Source: an uncultured Clostridia bacterium
GTDB taxonomy: Bacteria > Bacillota > Clostridia > Christensenellales > UBA3700
Direction: 5' to 3'
Length of the DNA: 64,000 nt
Assembly (NCBI GenBank): GCA_947174325.1
Contig: CAMWIL010000002.1
Coordinates: forward strand, 4,485 to 68,484
The notes under the pieces are model-generated. The model worked only from the letters and a program-made list of their open reading frames with translations, was not told the DNA's origin and made no database searches. Positions 1-9,031 of the stretch are shown piece by piece. The first letter of the stretch is position 1; each line of letters begins with the position of its first letter. The position numbers and the translations under genes were made by a program.

Positions 1-139
1 TAGCCAAGCCCGATTCTTCCGCAGTTTTGTCGATTATTTCACGATCGTAATAAGGTATTCCCAGTCTGCTTGCAACCGTCTTTCCGATAGTGCGTCCACC
101 GCTGCCGAGCTCTCTTCCTATGGCGATAATTTTACTCAT
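1..139 (-). CDS. Cytidylate kinase-like (P-loop) family protein, first 46 codons only; rest of gene lies beyond window start
   Basis: Reverse strand from ATG 139..137 reads MSKIIAIGRELGSGGRTIGKTVASRLGIPYYDREIIDKTAEESGLA, a GSGG P-loop N-terminus typical of cytidylate-kinase-like proteins. GGAG lies 8 nt upstream. Confidence 0.55.
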   Translation of the reverse strand, partial: MSKIIAIGRELGSGGRTIGKTVASRLGIPYYDREIIDKTAEESGLA

Positions 140-301
140 ACTCACATCTCCGTTTTAGTATTTTTGTAACATTATAATAGCATAAAAATACGGAAAAAGT
201 CAAGTCGAAATTTTATCGAGAATACGTATAAGACGTTATCTCTACAACGTCAAAAGAGATTTATAAACTCGCAAAATCAACCCATATCGTACAAAATTAT
301 T

Positions 302-1633
302 TTATTTCTCATAACCGACCAAAGTCATTTTGTAGTTGACGACTCTGGTATAATCCGTCCGTCTATAGCCCAAACTTTCGTACATAAGGCGAAGACTTTT
401 TTCTTGTAAAATCGTATCTAATTCCCACCCTGTTGAGCCGTGAATATTCTCCGCTCGTCTTATCGCAGAATATGCGTATCCTTTGCGTCTGAATTCAGGC
501 AAAATCAAAATTTGCGAAAGCTTTTTATTCTCTTCCGACTTTCTATCGATAATTCGTAATGCTCCGACTATTTGATTCTCTGCCTCAATAAAATAATGAT
601 AAGTGTAAGGATCTTCAAACCTTGATTTAACCTTGTCAAGCGTCTCGTTTGCGGGAGAGGTGTCGTAATCTTCATACTTTTCCAACAAATCGGCAAAAGC
701 GACTTTCTGCATTTCCCAAATAAGTTCCGCGTCGCTTTCGCTTGCCTCTGTTATCGTCACGTTTGTCGACATAGCTTTGTCTTGCAGAATCGACGCCCAT
801 TTTACGTTAGGTTTAGTCACAACCCTAACGATATCTCCCTCATTGTAAAACTTTTTACTGAAAGCCGTCTTTTCTTCTCCGTCTACGTCGACAATTACCC
901 TATACGTCGTTGAAAGTATTTTCGTGCGTTCATTATAGTAGCGATTTGCCGCTCCTCCGCTGGAAAAACTGCTCTCGCTTGATAATATACAGCCAATTAC
1001 CTTAGCGGCCTTCTCTTCGCAATCGCTCATTTTGCCATTCAATATCTCTCTTTTATATCTAACTCCTCTTGATATCGATTTCTTTTCAATAATTGAGTTT
1101 ATGATAGCCGAAGTAATAAATATGGCAAAAAAACTTCCGAGAACTATTAAAGCTGCTACCGTTTTGCCAAACGCGAACAACGGTACTATAGATACGGCAA
1201 GAAGCGCGCATACGGTTATCATAATTCCGCCTAATATCCTGCTTTTATTTGAAAAATACTTTATATTCTTTTTGGCATTACCCAAATGAAATAACCACCT
1301 AACCGCAATTCTTTTCTTATGCTCTTCTCCATATCCGGTGTCATTGATAAATTCTATAGACTCTTCTTCCCAAGCCGATTTATCTTCTTCGTATCTTTCT
1401 CGTTGTTTATTCTTTTCTTCTTTAATTCTTTTTATCAGGTGTTTACTATTAATCAATCCGCCCGCTATACCAAGCAAAAAAGCTAAACCAAACAGAGAAA
1501 AACCTAAAATCCGTAACACCATTTCCGCAGATTCATTTTTTTGATAAATGCTTATCAAACAAGATACAAACCCTGCAACGGCTGTAAAAACCACTATTCT
1601 CTTTATCCACTTCATTACTTTTCTGTCATTCAT
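302..1633 (-). CDS. Multi-pass membrane protein with C-terminal GNAT N-acetyltransferase domain (possible DUF3592-like beta domain in the middle)
   Basis: Tracked ORF 302..1639 begins with TTG; the first ATG is at 1633. N-terminal half has several hydrophobic helices. C-terminal ~150 aa has GNAT features (QIVGALRI...ILPEFRRKGYAYSAI). Start overlaps the upstream gene stop by 8 nt. Confidence 0.7.
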   Translation of the reverse strand: MNDRKVMKWIKRIVVFTAVAGFVSCLISIYQKNESAEMVLRILGFSLFGLAFLLGIAGGLINSKHLIKRIKEEKNKQRERYEEDKSAWEEESIEFINDTGYGEEHKKRIAVRWLFHLGNAKKNIKYFSNKSRILGGIMITVCALLAVSIVPLFAFGKTVAALIVLGSFFAIFITSAIINSIIEKKSISRGVRYKREILNGKMSDCEEKAAKVIGCILSSESSFSSGGAANRYYNERTKILSTTYRVIVDVDGEEKTAFSKKFYNEGDIVRVVTKPNVKWASILQDKAMSTNVTITEASESDAELIWEMQKVAFADLLEKYEDYDTSPANETLDKVKSRFEDPYTYHYFIEAENQIVGALRIIDRKSEENKKLSQILILPEFRRKGYAYSAIRRAENIHGSTGWELDTILQEKSLRLMYESLGYRRTDYTRVVNYKMTLVGYEK

Positions 1634-2489
1634 TTCCAACGCATTTATCCTTATTGATAATTCCTATACCCATTCCAAATCTACCGCCGTCTAGCAAATA
1701 ATTCTTTGCCGACCTTTGAAGCGACGTGTTTTCCGAAAGGCAAGATATTTCCGCTTTTCTCTTTTCCTCATCGTTACCGAAAATCGGAGATTTTGAATTC
1801 ATATCAATACCAAATATTCTTTCAAACGTCTGTTTTTCGTACGGTATATTACAACGTATATCAAATAAATTCATAAACTTTACAATGTTTGAGTTCTCGT
1901 CCATAAATTTACGGTTGTTTTCGCAAAGCAACCAACTCTCACAAAAATAATAACCGTATTTAAATTGGGGAAAATACTCTTTGAAAAATTCATTTGCTTT
2001 GCAAAGCGATTTTTTACACTCGTCGATATTCAACTTCTCTCCTTGCGGGATATGAATATTTATCACCTTTTCTCCTCTTGAAAAAGGCTGTTTAGAAAAA
2101 TCTAAAAAACGCGATCTGCACTTGAAAAATTGAAATTGCAATCTTCCTATTTTAAACAGTTTGAAATTTATATGATTTTTTATCCAACCTATATTATCTA
2201 AGCCTTTGTTGTCGAAATTTTCGCACCAAATTCTTATATCGTCAAACGTAGATCTAAAAATATCTTCGCTTATACCGTATTTTTTATATATTGACAACGT
2301 CTTTTCTGCAGACTTCAACGAAGCCGCTAATTTTATCATAGGCTCTTTCTTAGATAAACAATTCGCATTCCCTTTGCTTAATTTCTTGCTCAATCGCAAC
2401 GCCTCGGACTGCTGCTTTTTGTCCAAGTTTTCAAGGGCTTTTATCAATCCTCTATCCAAAGAAACGTAATTCAAAATTTTGTAGATCAT
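1626..2489 (-). CDS. Putative acyltransferase-like protein (NAT_N/GNAT_C, DUF5596-like); function uncertain
   Basis: 287-aa ORF co-oriented and overlapping with the GNAT fusion gene. The motif IGWIKNHINFKLFKIGRLQF recalls the GNAT-like C-terminal domain family. Assignment is from memory only. Confidence 0.45.
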   Translation of the reverse strand: MIYKILNYVSLDRGLIKALENLDKKQQSEALRLSKKLSKGNANCLSKKEPMIKLAASLKSAEKTLSIYKKYGISEDIFRSTFDDIRIWCENFDNKGLDNIGWIKNHINFKLFKIGRLQFQFFKCRSRFLDFSKQPFSRGEKVINIHIPQGEKLNIDECKKSLCKANEFFKEYFPQFKYGYYFCESWLLCENNRKFMDENSNIVKFMNLFDIRCNIPYEKQTFERIFGIDMNSKSPIFGNDEEKRKAEISCLSENTSLQRSAKNYLLDGGRFGMGIGIINKDKCVGNE

Positions 2490-2690
2490 TTTTATATTTA
2501 TAATTTAATTTATTTTTTGTATTATAACATACATTTTATACAAAATCAAGAACGAACAAATCAAGCTCTTTCTTTTTATCGTATAAAATTAATAAAATTT
2601 ATTTAGATTTAAGCATATGCGATAAATTAATTGCATAATATGATAATTTTTGATATTATTTAATCAAAATAAAATATAGAGGTGTCAACT

Positions 2691-3554
2691 ATGACTTATT
2701 TAATGTCCGTGACGTTTTCGGAAATAGTAACAACGGTTTGTAACTGGCTTGTTACAGAAGGCTTGAAAATAGTCATTGCCTTGATAGTATTCGCTATATA
2801 TTGCGCAATTATCAAGATGATTTGCAAAAAAATCAACAAAAGACTGCAAAAGAAAAACGTAGACGAAACTTTGAGAAAGGTATCTATTCCCTGGTTGAAA
2901 AGAATACTTGTCTTTATAGGCTTTGCTTGCGTACTCGCATATTTGGGAATTGAAACTTCTAGTATCGCCGCGGCTATCACTTCGATAGGTTTGACTATAG
3001 GTCTTGCTTTGCAAGGTTCGTTGGCAAACTTCGCAGGCGGCGTTATAATAATCGTTATGCGTCCGTATAAAATCGGCGATTTTATAGAATGCGCCGGCAA
3101 CAGCGGTACGGTCGAAGATATAAAACTCTTCTACACTTATCTGCGCACAGGCGACAATAAAGTAGTCGTTATCCCCAACGGCGTAGCGGGCAACAGCACG
3201 GTTACCAATTACAGCGTCAAAGATACCAGAAGAAACGATCTAGTGTTTAGCGTATCATACGATTGCGACTTTGAAAAAGCTAAAGAGCTTATTAAAGAAT
3301 GTATGGACAAAAACGAACTTATTCTCAAAGATCCTGCTCCATTTATCAATATCAAAGAACATTCGGCAAATTCTATTGATATTCTTGCAAGATACTTTAC
3401 CAAAAGCGACGATTACTGGACAGCTCATTGGTATATGTTGGAGGCTGTGAAAAAGACGTTTGACGAAAATGGAATTTCCATCCCATATCCTCAACTTGAC
3501 GTTCACGTCAAAACAGACGTCGAAAACGCTCCAAAAGAAAAAGCGAAGAAGTAA
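2691..3554 (+). CDS. mscS: Small-conductance mechanosensitive channel, MscS family
   Basis: TM helices followed by the MscS beta-domain signature (GDFIECAGNSGTVEDIKLFYTYLRTGDNKVVVIPNG). ATG 2691 is preceded by AGAGG; tracked GTG 2682 is less likely. Confidence 0.85.
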   Translation: MTYLMSVTFSEIVTTVCNWLVTEGLKIVIALIVFAIYCAIIKMICKKINKRLQKKNVDETLRKVSIPWLKRILVFIGFACVLAYLGIETSSIAAAITSIGLTIGLALQGSLANFAGGVIIIVMRPYKIGDFIECAGNSGTVEDIKLFYTYLRTGDNKVVVIPNGVAGNSTVTNYSVKDTRRNDLVFSVSYDCDFEKAKELIKECMDKNELILKDPAPFINIKEHSANSIDILARYFTKSDDYWTAHWYMLEAVKKTFDENGISIPYPQLDVHVKTDVENAPKEKAKK

Positions 3555-3571
3555 TGAATTAACAAACGTAT

Positions 3572-3603
3572 AAAAAGTCGGTGCTCATCACCGACTTTTT
3601 TAC
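3572..3603. terminator. Bidirectional intrinsic terminator between convergent mscS and coaE
   Basis: AAAAA-GTCGGTG(3577-3583)-CTCAT-CACCGAC(3589-3595)-TTTTTTT. Confidence 0.8.
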
Positions 3604-3681
3604 GTTCTCACATCTAAGATGCGAATATAATTTTTGTCCCATTTTATACATATTAATAAATTTTGATTTTTTACTCATTCG

Positions 3682-4245
3682 TCAGCCTTGCAGCCATTGC
3701 AATATCCATTCGACTTGACTCTCCAAAGCTTGCAGACTTCCGTCGTTGACAATGACAAAATCGGCGACGCTTTCCATTTCTTCTGCGCTCATCTGCCTAG
3801 ACATCACGGATAGTATACGTTCCTCTTCATGCCCGTCTCTTTTCTTTACCCTATCAACTCTGGTAGATTTTTCGCTTCTGACAAAAACGACTTCGTCAAA
3901 ATAACTTTTCATCTCAACGCTAAACGCCGATACCTCTACGAACAGATTACTATCGTTTTTCTTGTATATCTTATCTATTTCGGCAAAGACTAAATGATGC
4001 GACAAAGAATTAAGTAAACTCAATTTTTCCTTGTCCGAGAATACTATTTTCGCAAGCTTTGTCTTGTCTATCTTGCCGTCCTTGACTGCGTCAAATTCCT
4101 TTTCTATTTGCGCAATATACATAGGCAATTCGCATATTTTCCTATAAATTTCATCGCAATCGCATACTCTTTCGCCATAACTTGCCAGCAGAGAAAGTAC
4201 GCTGCTCTTTCCGCTCCCTATACCGCCGATGATAGCGATCTTCAT
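3682..4245 (-). CDS. coaE: Dephospho-CoA kinase
   Basis: MKIAIIGGIGSGKSSV P-loop, ~190 aa, directly downstream of polA with a 1-nt overlap. This is the classic polA-coaE arrangement. Confidence 0.9.
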   Translation of the reverse strand: MKIAIIGGIGSGKSSVLSLLASYGERVCDCDEIYRKICELPMYIAQIEKEFDAVKDGKIDKTKLAKIVFSDKEKLSLLNSLSHHLVFAEIDKIYKKNDSNLFVEVSAFSVEMKSYFDEVVFVRSEKSTRVDRVKKRDGHEEERILSVMSRQMSAEEMESVADFVIVNDGSLQALESQVEWILQWLQG

Positions 4246-6818
4246 TATTTAGCCTCCAACCAACTTCTGCCTGAGTTGCAATCCGCAACGAGTTTTACGT
4301 CAAAGTCAGTCGTTATGTTTTCCATATTCTCTACAAGCAACTTCTTTACCTTCTCGCACTCTTCGATTGGAGAGTCGATTATCAATTCGTCGTGGACTTG
4401 CATAATAAGTTTTGCCTTAAATCCGCCCTCTTTGAGCGCTTTATGGACTTTGAGCATTGCGACCTTTATTATATCGCTTGCGCTTCCCTGCAAAGGCATA
4501 TTCATTGCTACGCGTTCGCCGAAGTTTCTCAAATTGTAATTTGAAGATTTGAGTTCGGGTATCTCTCTTCTTCTGTTCATATAAGTAGTAACGTAGCCCT
4601 TTTCCTTAGCGATCTCTACGCATTTGTCCATATATTCTTTTACCTTTGGATACGTAGCAAAATACCCCGCAATAAAATCTCTCGCCTTATAAACGGGTAT
4701 ACCCAAATCTTCGGAAAGACCGAAATCGCTTATACCGTAAATTATACCGAAATTAACGGCTTTTGCCTGTCTGCGCATATCCGGCGTTACCATTTCGAGC
4801 GGTATGCCGAATACTTTTGACGCCGTGATCGCGTGTATGTCGGCATTGTTGTTAAAAGCGTGTATCATAGTTTCGTCGCCGCTGAACTGCGCCATAAGTC
4901 GCAATTCTATCTGCGAATAATCGGCGCAAACCAAAACGTTATCTTCGCTTGCGATAAACATTTTGCGTATTTGCTTGCCTTCCGTCTTTCTAATAGGTAT
5001 ATTCTGCAAATTAGGCTCGGTAGACGAAAGTCTGCCGGTAGCGGTAACCGTCTGCTTAAATATCGTGTGTATCTTACGTTTGCTGTCTATAAGAGGCAAC
5101 ATTCCGTCAAGATACGTCGACTTTAATTTTGACAACTCTCTCTGTCTAAGAATAAGCGGTACGATAGGATGTTGATTTTTTATCGAATTTAGAACCTCGA
5201 CGTTTGTAGAATATCCCGTTTTCGTCTTCTTTCCGCTCTTCAAACCCAAATCTTCAAAAAGTACGCTCGCAAGCTGTTTCGTCGAATTGACGTTGAAAGG
5301 TTTCCCTGCAAGCTCAACGATCTGCCTTATCAAAGAATCGAGTTCTTTGGAATACTTATCGTTTAATTCGTTGAGAATATCAAGATCTATTTTGAAGCCC
5401 TCTTTTTCCATATCAAAAAGAACTTCGACAAGCGGTAGCTCTAAGTCCGCGTATAATTTTTCAAGCCCTTTTTCCTTTAATTCCTTATCAAGTACGCCGT
5501 CTATATATGCTATCAGAGCGCTCTCTTCGCCGTCAGGCAAATTGTATGCGTTGAACAATTCCTGCTCTGACTTATAGTTCCTATTAGCGTCTATCAAGTA
5601 AGCTTTAAGCAAAACGTCGTTTTCCACTCCGCATAGCGCGATACCGTCTTTTGCAAGAACGTGAAGATTGTTTTTATAATCAAAACAAGTCTTTATTATA
5701 TTCTTGCTTTCAAATACGCTTTTGCAAGCGTCAAGAAAATCGCCGTAACTGATCCCCTCTCCCAAAAGGTTATCGGCAATAACGATATTATAACACTCGT
5801 CGTCTACGGAAAAAGTTATCCGTCCAGAAATCGAAAACGCAAATTTTCCATGCAAAATAATATTTGACAATACCTCGCTCAATCCTTCCAAAGTGTCTAT
5901 ATCCTGCGCCGTTGGAATAAGTACGTCATTCTTTACCGTTGTTTCTTGAGCGTCGAAATTCATTCTGTCAACGATTTTTGTAAGTTCGAGTTTTTTGAGC
6001 AAAGATCTTACTTCGCCCGAAAAAGTCGTGTTTAATTTGGCTTTTTCCAAATCGTCAAACTCTATAGGCGAATTGACGTTTATCGTAGCCAAATCATAAG
6101 ATAGATAAGCCATATCCTTGCTTTGTATAAGCTTCTCCTGCAACTTACCTTTGATTTCGTCGATATGTTGATATACGCCGTCCAAGGTAGTATATTTGGC
6201 AAGCAAATCGCGCGCCGTTTTTTCTCCTACGCCGGCAACGCCGGGTATATTGTCCGAAGAATCGCCCATAAGCGATTTGAGATCTATTATCTGCGACGGA
6301 ACAAGCCCCTCGCTTTGTAGCATGGCCTCGTCATAATAAGCGATTTCGCTTATTCCCTTCTTTGTCAAAAGTACGGTAGTCGTGTCGTCGATAAGTTGAA
6401 GCGAATCCTTATCTCCCGTCACGATAAAAGTCTGCGTACCGTATTTTTTTGCGATCGTGCCTATTATATCGTCGGCTTCGTAACCGTCCATTTCCAAAAT
6501 AGGAATTTCCATTGCGCTCAAAATTTCTTTGAGCGGCGCAAGTTGACTTGCAAGTTCGTGAGGCATGGGCTTTCTCGTAGCCTTATAGCCGTCGTACATT
6601 GCTTTTCTGAAAGTAGGCGCTTTTCTGTCAAACGTAGCAATGACGTGCGTAGGCTTATAAGTATCTATTATTTTGATAAGCATATTGAGATATCCGAAAA
6701 TAGCTCCCGTATACTGTCCGTCGTGATTTGTCAGATTAGGCAACGCATAGTACGCCCTGTTTATCAAACTGTTGGAATCCAAAAGAATTAGTCTGTCCAT
6801 ATTTACCTCGTATATCAA
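4245..6818 (-). CDS. polA: DNA polymerase I
   Basis: 857 aa. Has the 5'-3' exonuclease N-terminus (DGYKATRKPMP, GVAGVGEKTA) and family A polymerase motifs (DYSQIELR, RRQAKAVNFGIIYG, QVHDEL). Confidence 0.97.
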   Translation of the reverse strand: MIYEVNMDRLILLDSNSLINRAYYALPNLTNHDGQYTGAIFGYLNMLIKIIDTYKPTHVIATFDRKAPTFRKAMYDGYKATRKPMPHELASQLAPLKEILSAMEIPILEMDGYEADDIIGTIAKKYGTQTFIVTGDKDSLQLIDDTTTVLLTKKGISEIAYYDEAMLQSEGLVPSQIIDLKSLMGDSSDNIPGVAGVGEKTARDLLAKYTTLDGVYQHIDEIKGKLQEKLIQSKDMAYLSYDLATINVNSPIEFDDLEKAKLNTTFSGEVRSLLKKLELTKIVDRMNFDAQETTVKNDVLIPTAQDIDTLEGLSEVLSNIILHGKFAFSISGRITFSVDDECYNIVIADNLLGEGISYGDFLDACKSVFESKNIIKTCFDYKNNLHVLAKDGIALCGVENDVLLKAYLIDANRNYKSEQELFNAYNLPDGEESALIAYIDGVLDKELKEKGLEKLYADLELPLVEVLFDMEKEGFKIDLDILNELNDKYSKELDSLIRQIVELAGKPFNVNSTKQLASVLFEDLGLKSGKKTKTGYSTNVEVLNSIKNQHPIVPLILRQRELSKLKSTYLDGMLPLIDSKRKIHTIFKQTVTATGRLSSTEPNLQNIPIRKTEGKQIRKMFIASEDNVLVCADYSQIELRLMAQFSGDETMIHAFNNNADIHAITASKVFGIPLEMVTPDMRRQAKAVNFGIIYGISDFGLSEDLGIPVYKARDFIAGYFATYPKVKEYMDKCVEIAKEKGYVTTYMNRRREIPELKSSNYNLRNFGERVAMNMPLQGSASDIIKVAMLKVHKALKEGGFKAKLIMQVHDELIIDSPIEECEKVKKLLVENMENITTDFDVKLVADCNSGRSWLEAK

Positions 6819-6846
6819 TTATATCTTATAAAAGATTTAAATTCAA
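6818..6846 (-). promoter_or_regulatory. Putative sigma-A promoter of polA
   Basis: Minus strand TTGAAT (6846-6841), 17 nt, TATAAT (6823-6818). GAGGT SD precedes ATG 6818. Confidence 0.6.
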
Positions 6847-6861
6847 TTATAATTGTGATTA

Positions 6862-6891
6862 TTGATAAAAGTTTTTGCATATAGATATAAT
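6862..6891 (+). promoter_or_regulatory. Putative sigma-A promoter ~230 nt upstream of the Na/Pi transporter gene
   Basis: TTGATA (6862-6867), 18 nt, TATAAT (6886-6891). Confidence 0.45.
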
Positions 6892-7104
6892 AATCAAAAC
6901 ACGCGCGACTCATTCGCTATGACAAAATTTTATCGCTCTATCATATGAACCGTGTGCCGGATAGATACACGCAACCGACTAATAATTTATGGACAAATCG
7001 GTAGCCTTATTTGTTTGTGAAGGTAAAATTTATGGATATAATAAATAAAATATGGATTATTTTATATTTTCCCCTATAATTCGCGTGCGTTTTTGAAATA
7101 TATG

Positions 7105-7113
7105 TGATATAAT
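7105..7113 (+). promoter_or_regulatory. Extended -10 element (TGaTATAAT) 9 nt upstream of ATG 7123; implies a leaderless or near-leaderless mRNA
   Basis: TG 7105-7106, TATAAT 7108-7113, then GTCGACGAT, then ATG. No Shine-Dalgarno sequence in between. Confidence 0.45.
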
Positions 7114-7122
7114 GTCGACGAT

Positions 7123-8949
7123 ATGTTTGCATCAATACTTTTACTCCTAGGAGGATTGGGTACTTTCCTCATCGGTCTTAAAATGATGGGCGATAATCTG
7201 CAAAACATTGCAGGCGACCGTCTTAAACTTCTTTTTAACAAAGTCAGCAACAATAAATTCATGGGTATAGCGACCGGCGCAGGTATTACAGCCGTGATAC
7301 AATCGTCATCGGCGACGACCGTAATGATAGTCGGTTTTGTAAACGCCGGAATGATGACGCTCAAACAAGCCACGAGCATTATCATGGGCGCAAATATAGG
7401 CACTACCATTACTGCGCAGATCACTGCGTTGCAAAGTTTGCCGATTACCCCGTTCTTGACCGCGTTTGCGTGCGTGGGCGCTTTTATGGCGATGTTCGGC
7501 AAGGACAAAATCGCCAAAGCGGGTATGCTTATCAGCGGTATAGGTATAATCTTCGTAGGTATGAGAGTAATGAGCACCTCTATGGACGACGTAAGCAAAA
7601 GTCCGGAGGTAATAAATCTTCTCGCTTCCGTGACGCATCCATTATTGCTTATGCTCATAGGTTTGGTATTCACCGCGGTATTCCAATCTTCGGCGGCTAC
7701 TACCTCAATATTGATTACGCTCTGCTCCGTATCCTTAGACGAAGGCGGACAGCTTATGACGTTGCAAAGCGCTATATTCGTCACTTTAGGTATAAATATA
7801 GGTACGTGCGTTACGGCAATGCTCGCATCGATCGGCGCTAATACAAACGCTAAACGCGCTTCCGTAATTCACTTGCTATTCAACGTGTTCGGTACGGCAA
7901 TATTCTTGATATTCATATTTATCGCTCCACTTATCAGCGAAAAACTTGCAATACATTACTGGCTTGCCAAAGTATTCCCTAACGTTGTCAGCACGCAAAT
8001 TGCAATGTTCCACACAATATTCAATATACTTTCTACTTTGATACTTCTCCCCTTTACCGGCGGTCTTACAAAGTTGGCGACAATACTTGTGCGCGAAAAG
8101 AAAAATAATCAAGAAGAAGAGAAAGACAAAATTGTCGCTTACATCGACGAAAGAATTCTTAAATCCCCCTCTATCGCTCTTATGGTGTTGAGAAAGGAAT
8201 TGCTTTCTATGGCTTTTCTTGCAAAAACCAACTTCGACCTTTCGATAGAAACTTTGGCAAACCTCAACTTTGACAAATCCAAAGAATTCGAAGAAAGAGA
8301 AAAAAGAATTGACTACCTCAACAAAAAACTTACCAAATTCGCCGTTAAGATCTCGGCAAAAGATATTTCTTATAAAGAAGAAAAGGAAATCGCGTCATTC
8401 TATCACGTTATTTCGGATATCGAGAGAGTTGGCGACTATGCGGAAAATATTTGCGAATCGGCTCACGAACTCGTAGACAACAATCTCACCTTCTCCGATA
8501 CGGCTATCGAAGAGATAAAGATGATGAAAGGAGCGATCGACAAACTCTATGAATTCGTAATGCAAGCGTTTGAACAAAAGAGCATGTCGCTTAAAGACGA
8601 AGTAAACGGATATGAAGATTTGGTCGATACGTATGAAGAAAACTTGTCAAAAAATCATATAGTAAGATTACATAACAACGATTGCAGCGCAGAAAGCGGC
8701 GGGATTTTCCTCTCTATCATAAGCAATATGGAAAGAGTCGCGGATCACTTCCGCAACGTCTTCACAAGTATGTCAACTTACGTTACTCCGATAAAGACGA
8801 AAGCCAACATCAAGGAAGAAACTCCCCTAGCCGACATCGATAACAATGACAACGTAAGAATATTGCCATCGGCAAACGTTCAACCGAATACCGAAGAAAA
8901 TAAAGAAGTAACCGCGCAAGTCAGTACCAACGAAAAAGAAGATAAATAG
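7123..8949 (+). CDS. Na+/phosphate cotransporter family protein with C-terminal PhoU-like repeats
   Basis: N-terminus LLGGLGTFLIGLKMMGDNLQ and repeated QSSSATT/QSSAATT motifs typical of NptA/YjbB-type Na/Pi cotransporters. C-terminal helical region has ERVGDYAENI and ERVADHFRNV, which are PhoU-like. Confidence 0.85.
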   Translation: MFASILLLLGGLGTFLIGLKMMGDNLQNIAGDRLKLLFNKVSNNKFMGIATGAGITAVIQSSSATTVMIVGFVNAGMMTLKQATSIIMGANIGTTITAQITALQSLPITPFLTAFACVGAFMAMFGKDKIAKAGMLISGIGIIFVGMRVMSTSMDDVSKSPEVINLLASVTHPLLLMLIGLVFTAVFQSSAATTSILITLCSVSLDEGGQLMTLQSAIFVTLGINIGTCVTAMLASIGANTNAKRASVIHLLFNVFGTAIFLIFIFIAPLISEKLAIHYWLAKVFPNVVSTQIAMFHTIFNILSTLILLPFTGGLTKLATILVREKKNNQEEEKDKIVAYIDERILKSPSIALMVLRKELLSMAFLAKTNFDLSIETLANLNFDKSKEFEEREKRIDYLNKKLTKFAVKISAKDISYKEEKEIASFYHVISDIERVGDYAENICESAHELVDNNLTFSDTAIEEIKMMKGAIDKLYEFVMQAFEQKSMSLKDEVNGYEDLVDTYEENLSKNHIVRLHNNDCSAESGGIFLSIISNMERVADHFRNVFTSMSTYVTPIKTKANIKEETPLADIDNNDNVRILPSANVQPNTEENKEVTAQVSTNEKEDK

Positions 8950-8994
8950 TAAGTTTATATCAATTTTGAAAAAATTTAGGTATTATATAGTAAA

Positions 8995-9020
8995 ACGGCA
9001 ATTTCAATTGCCGTTTTTTA
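8995..9020. terminator. Bidirectional intrinsic terminator between convergent Na/Pi transporter and rluA-family genes
   Basis: ACGGCAATT(8995-9003)-TC-AATTGCCGT(9006-9014)-TTTTTT, preceded by AAAA. Confidence 0.8.
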
Positions 9021-9031
9021 TTTGCCGTTTG

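Noticed and set aside
6930-7080. Mini-ORFs in the polA / Na-Pi spacer, for example MDKSVALFVCEGKIYGYNK from ATG 6988 and MDIINKIWIILYFPL from ATG 7032.
   Set aside because: SD sequences are absent or weak, there is no recognisable family, and the lengths are 15-19 codons in AT-rich DNA where such ORFs arise by chance. They cannot be supported without conservation or Ribo-seq data.
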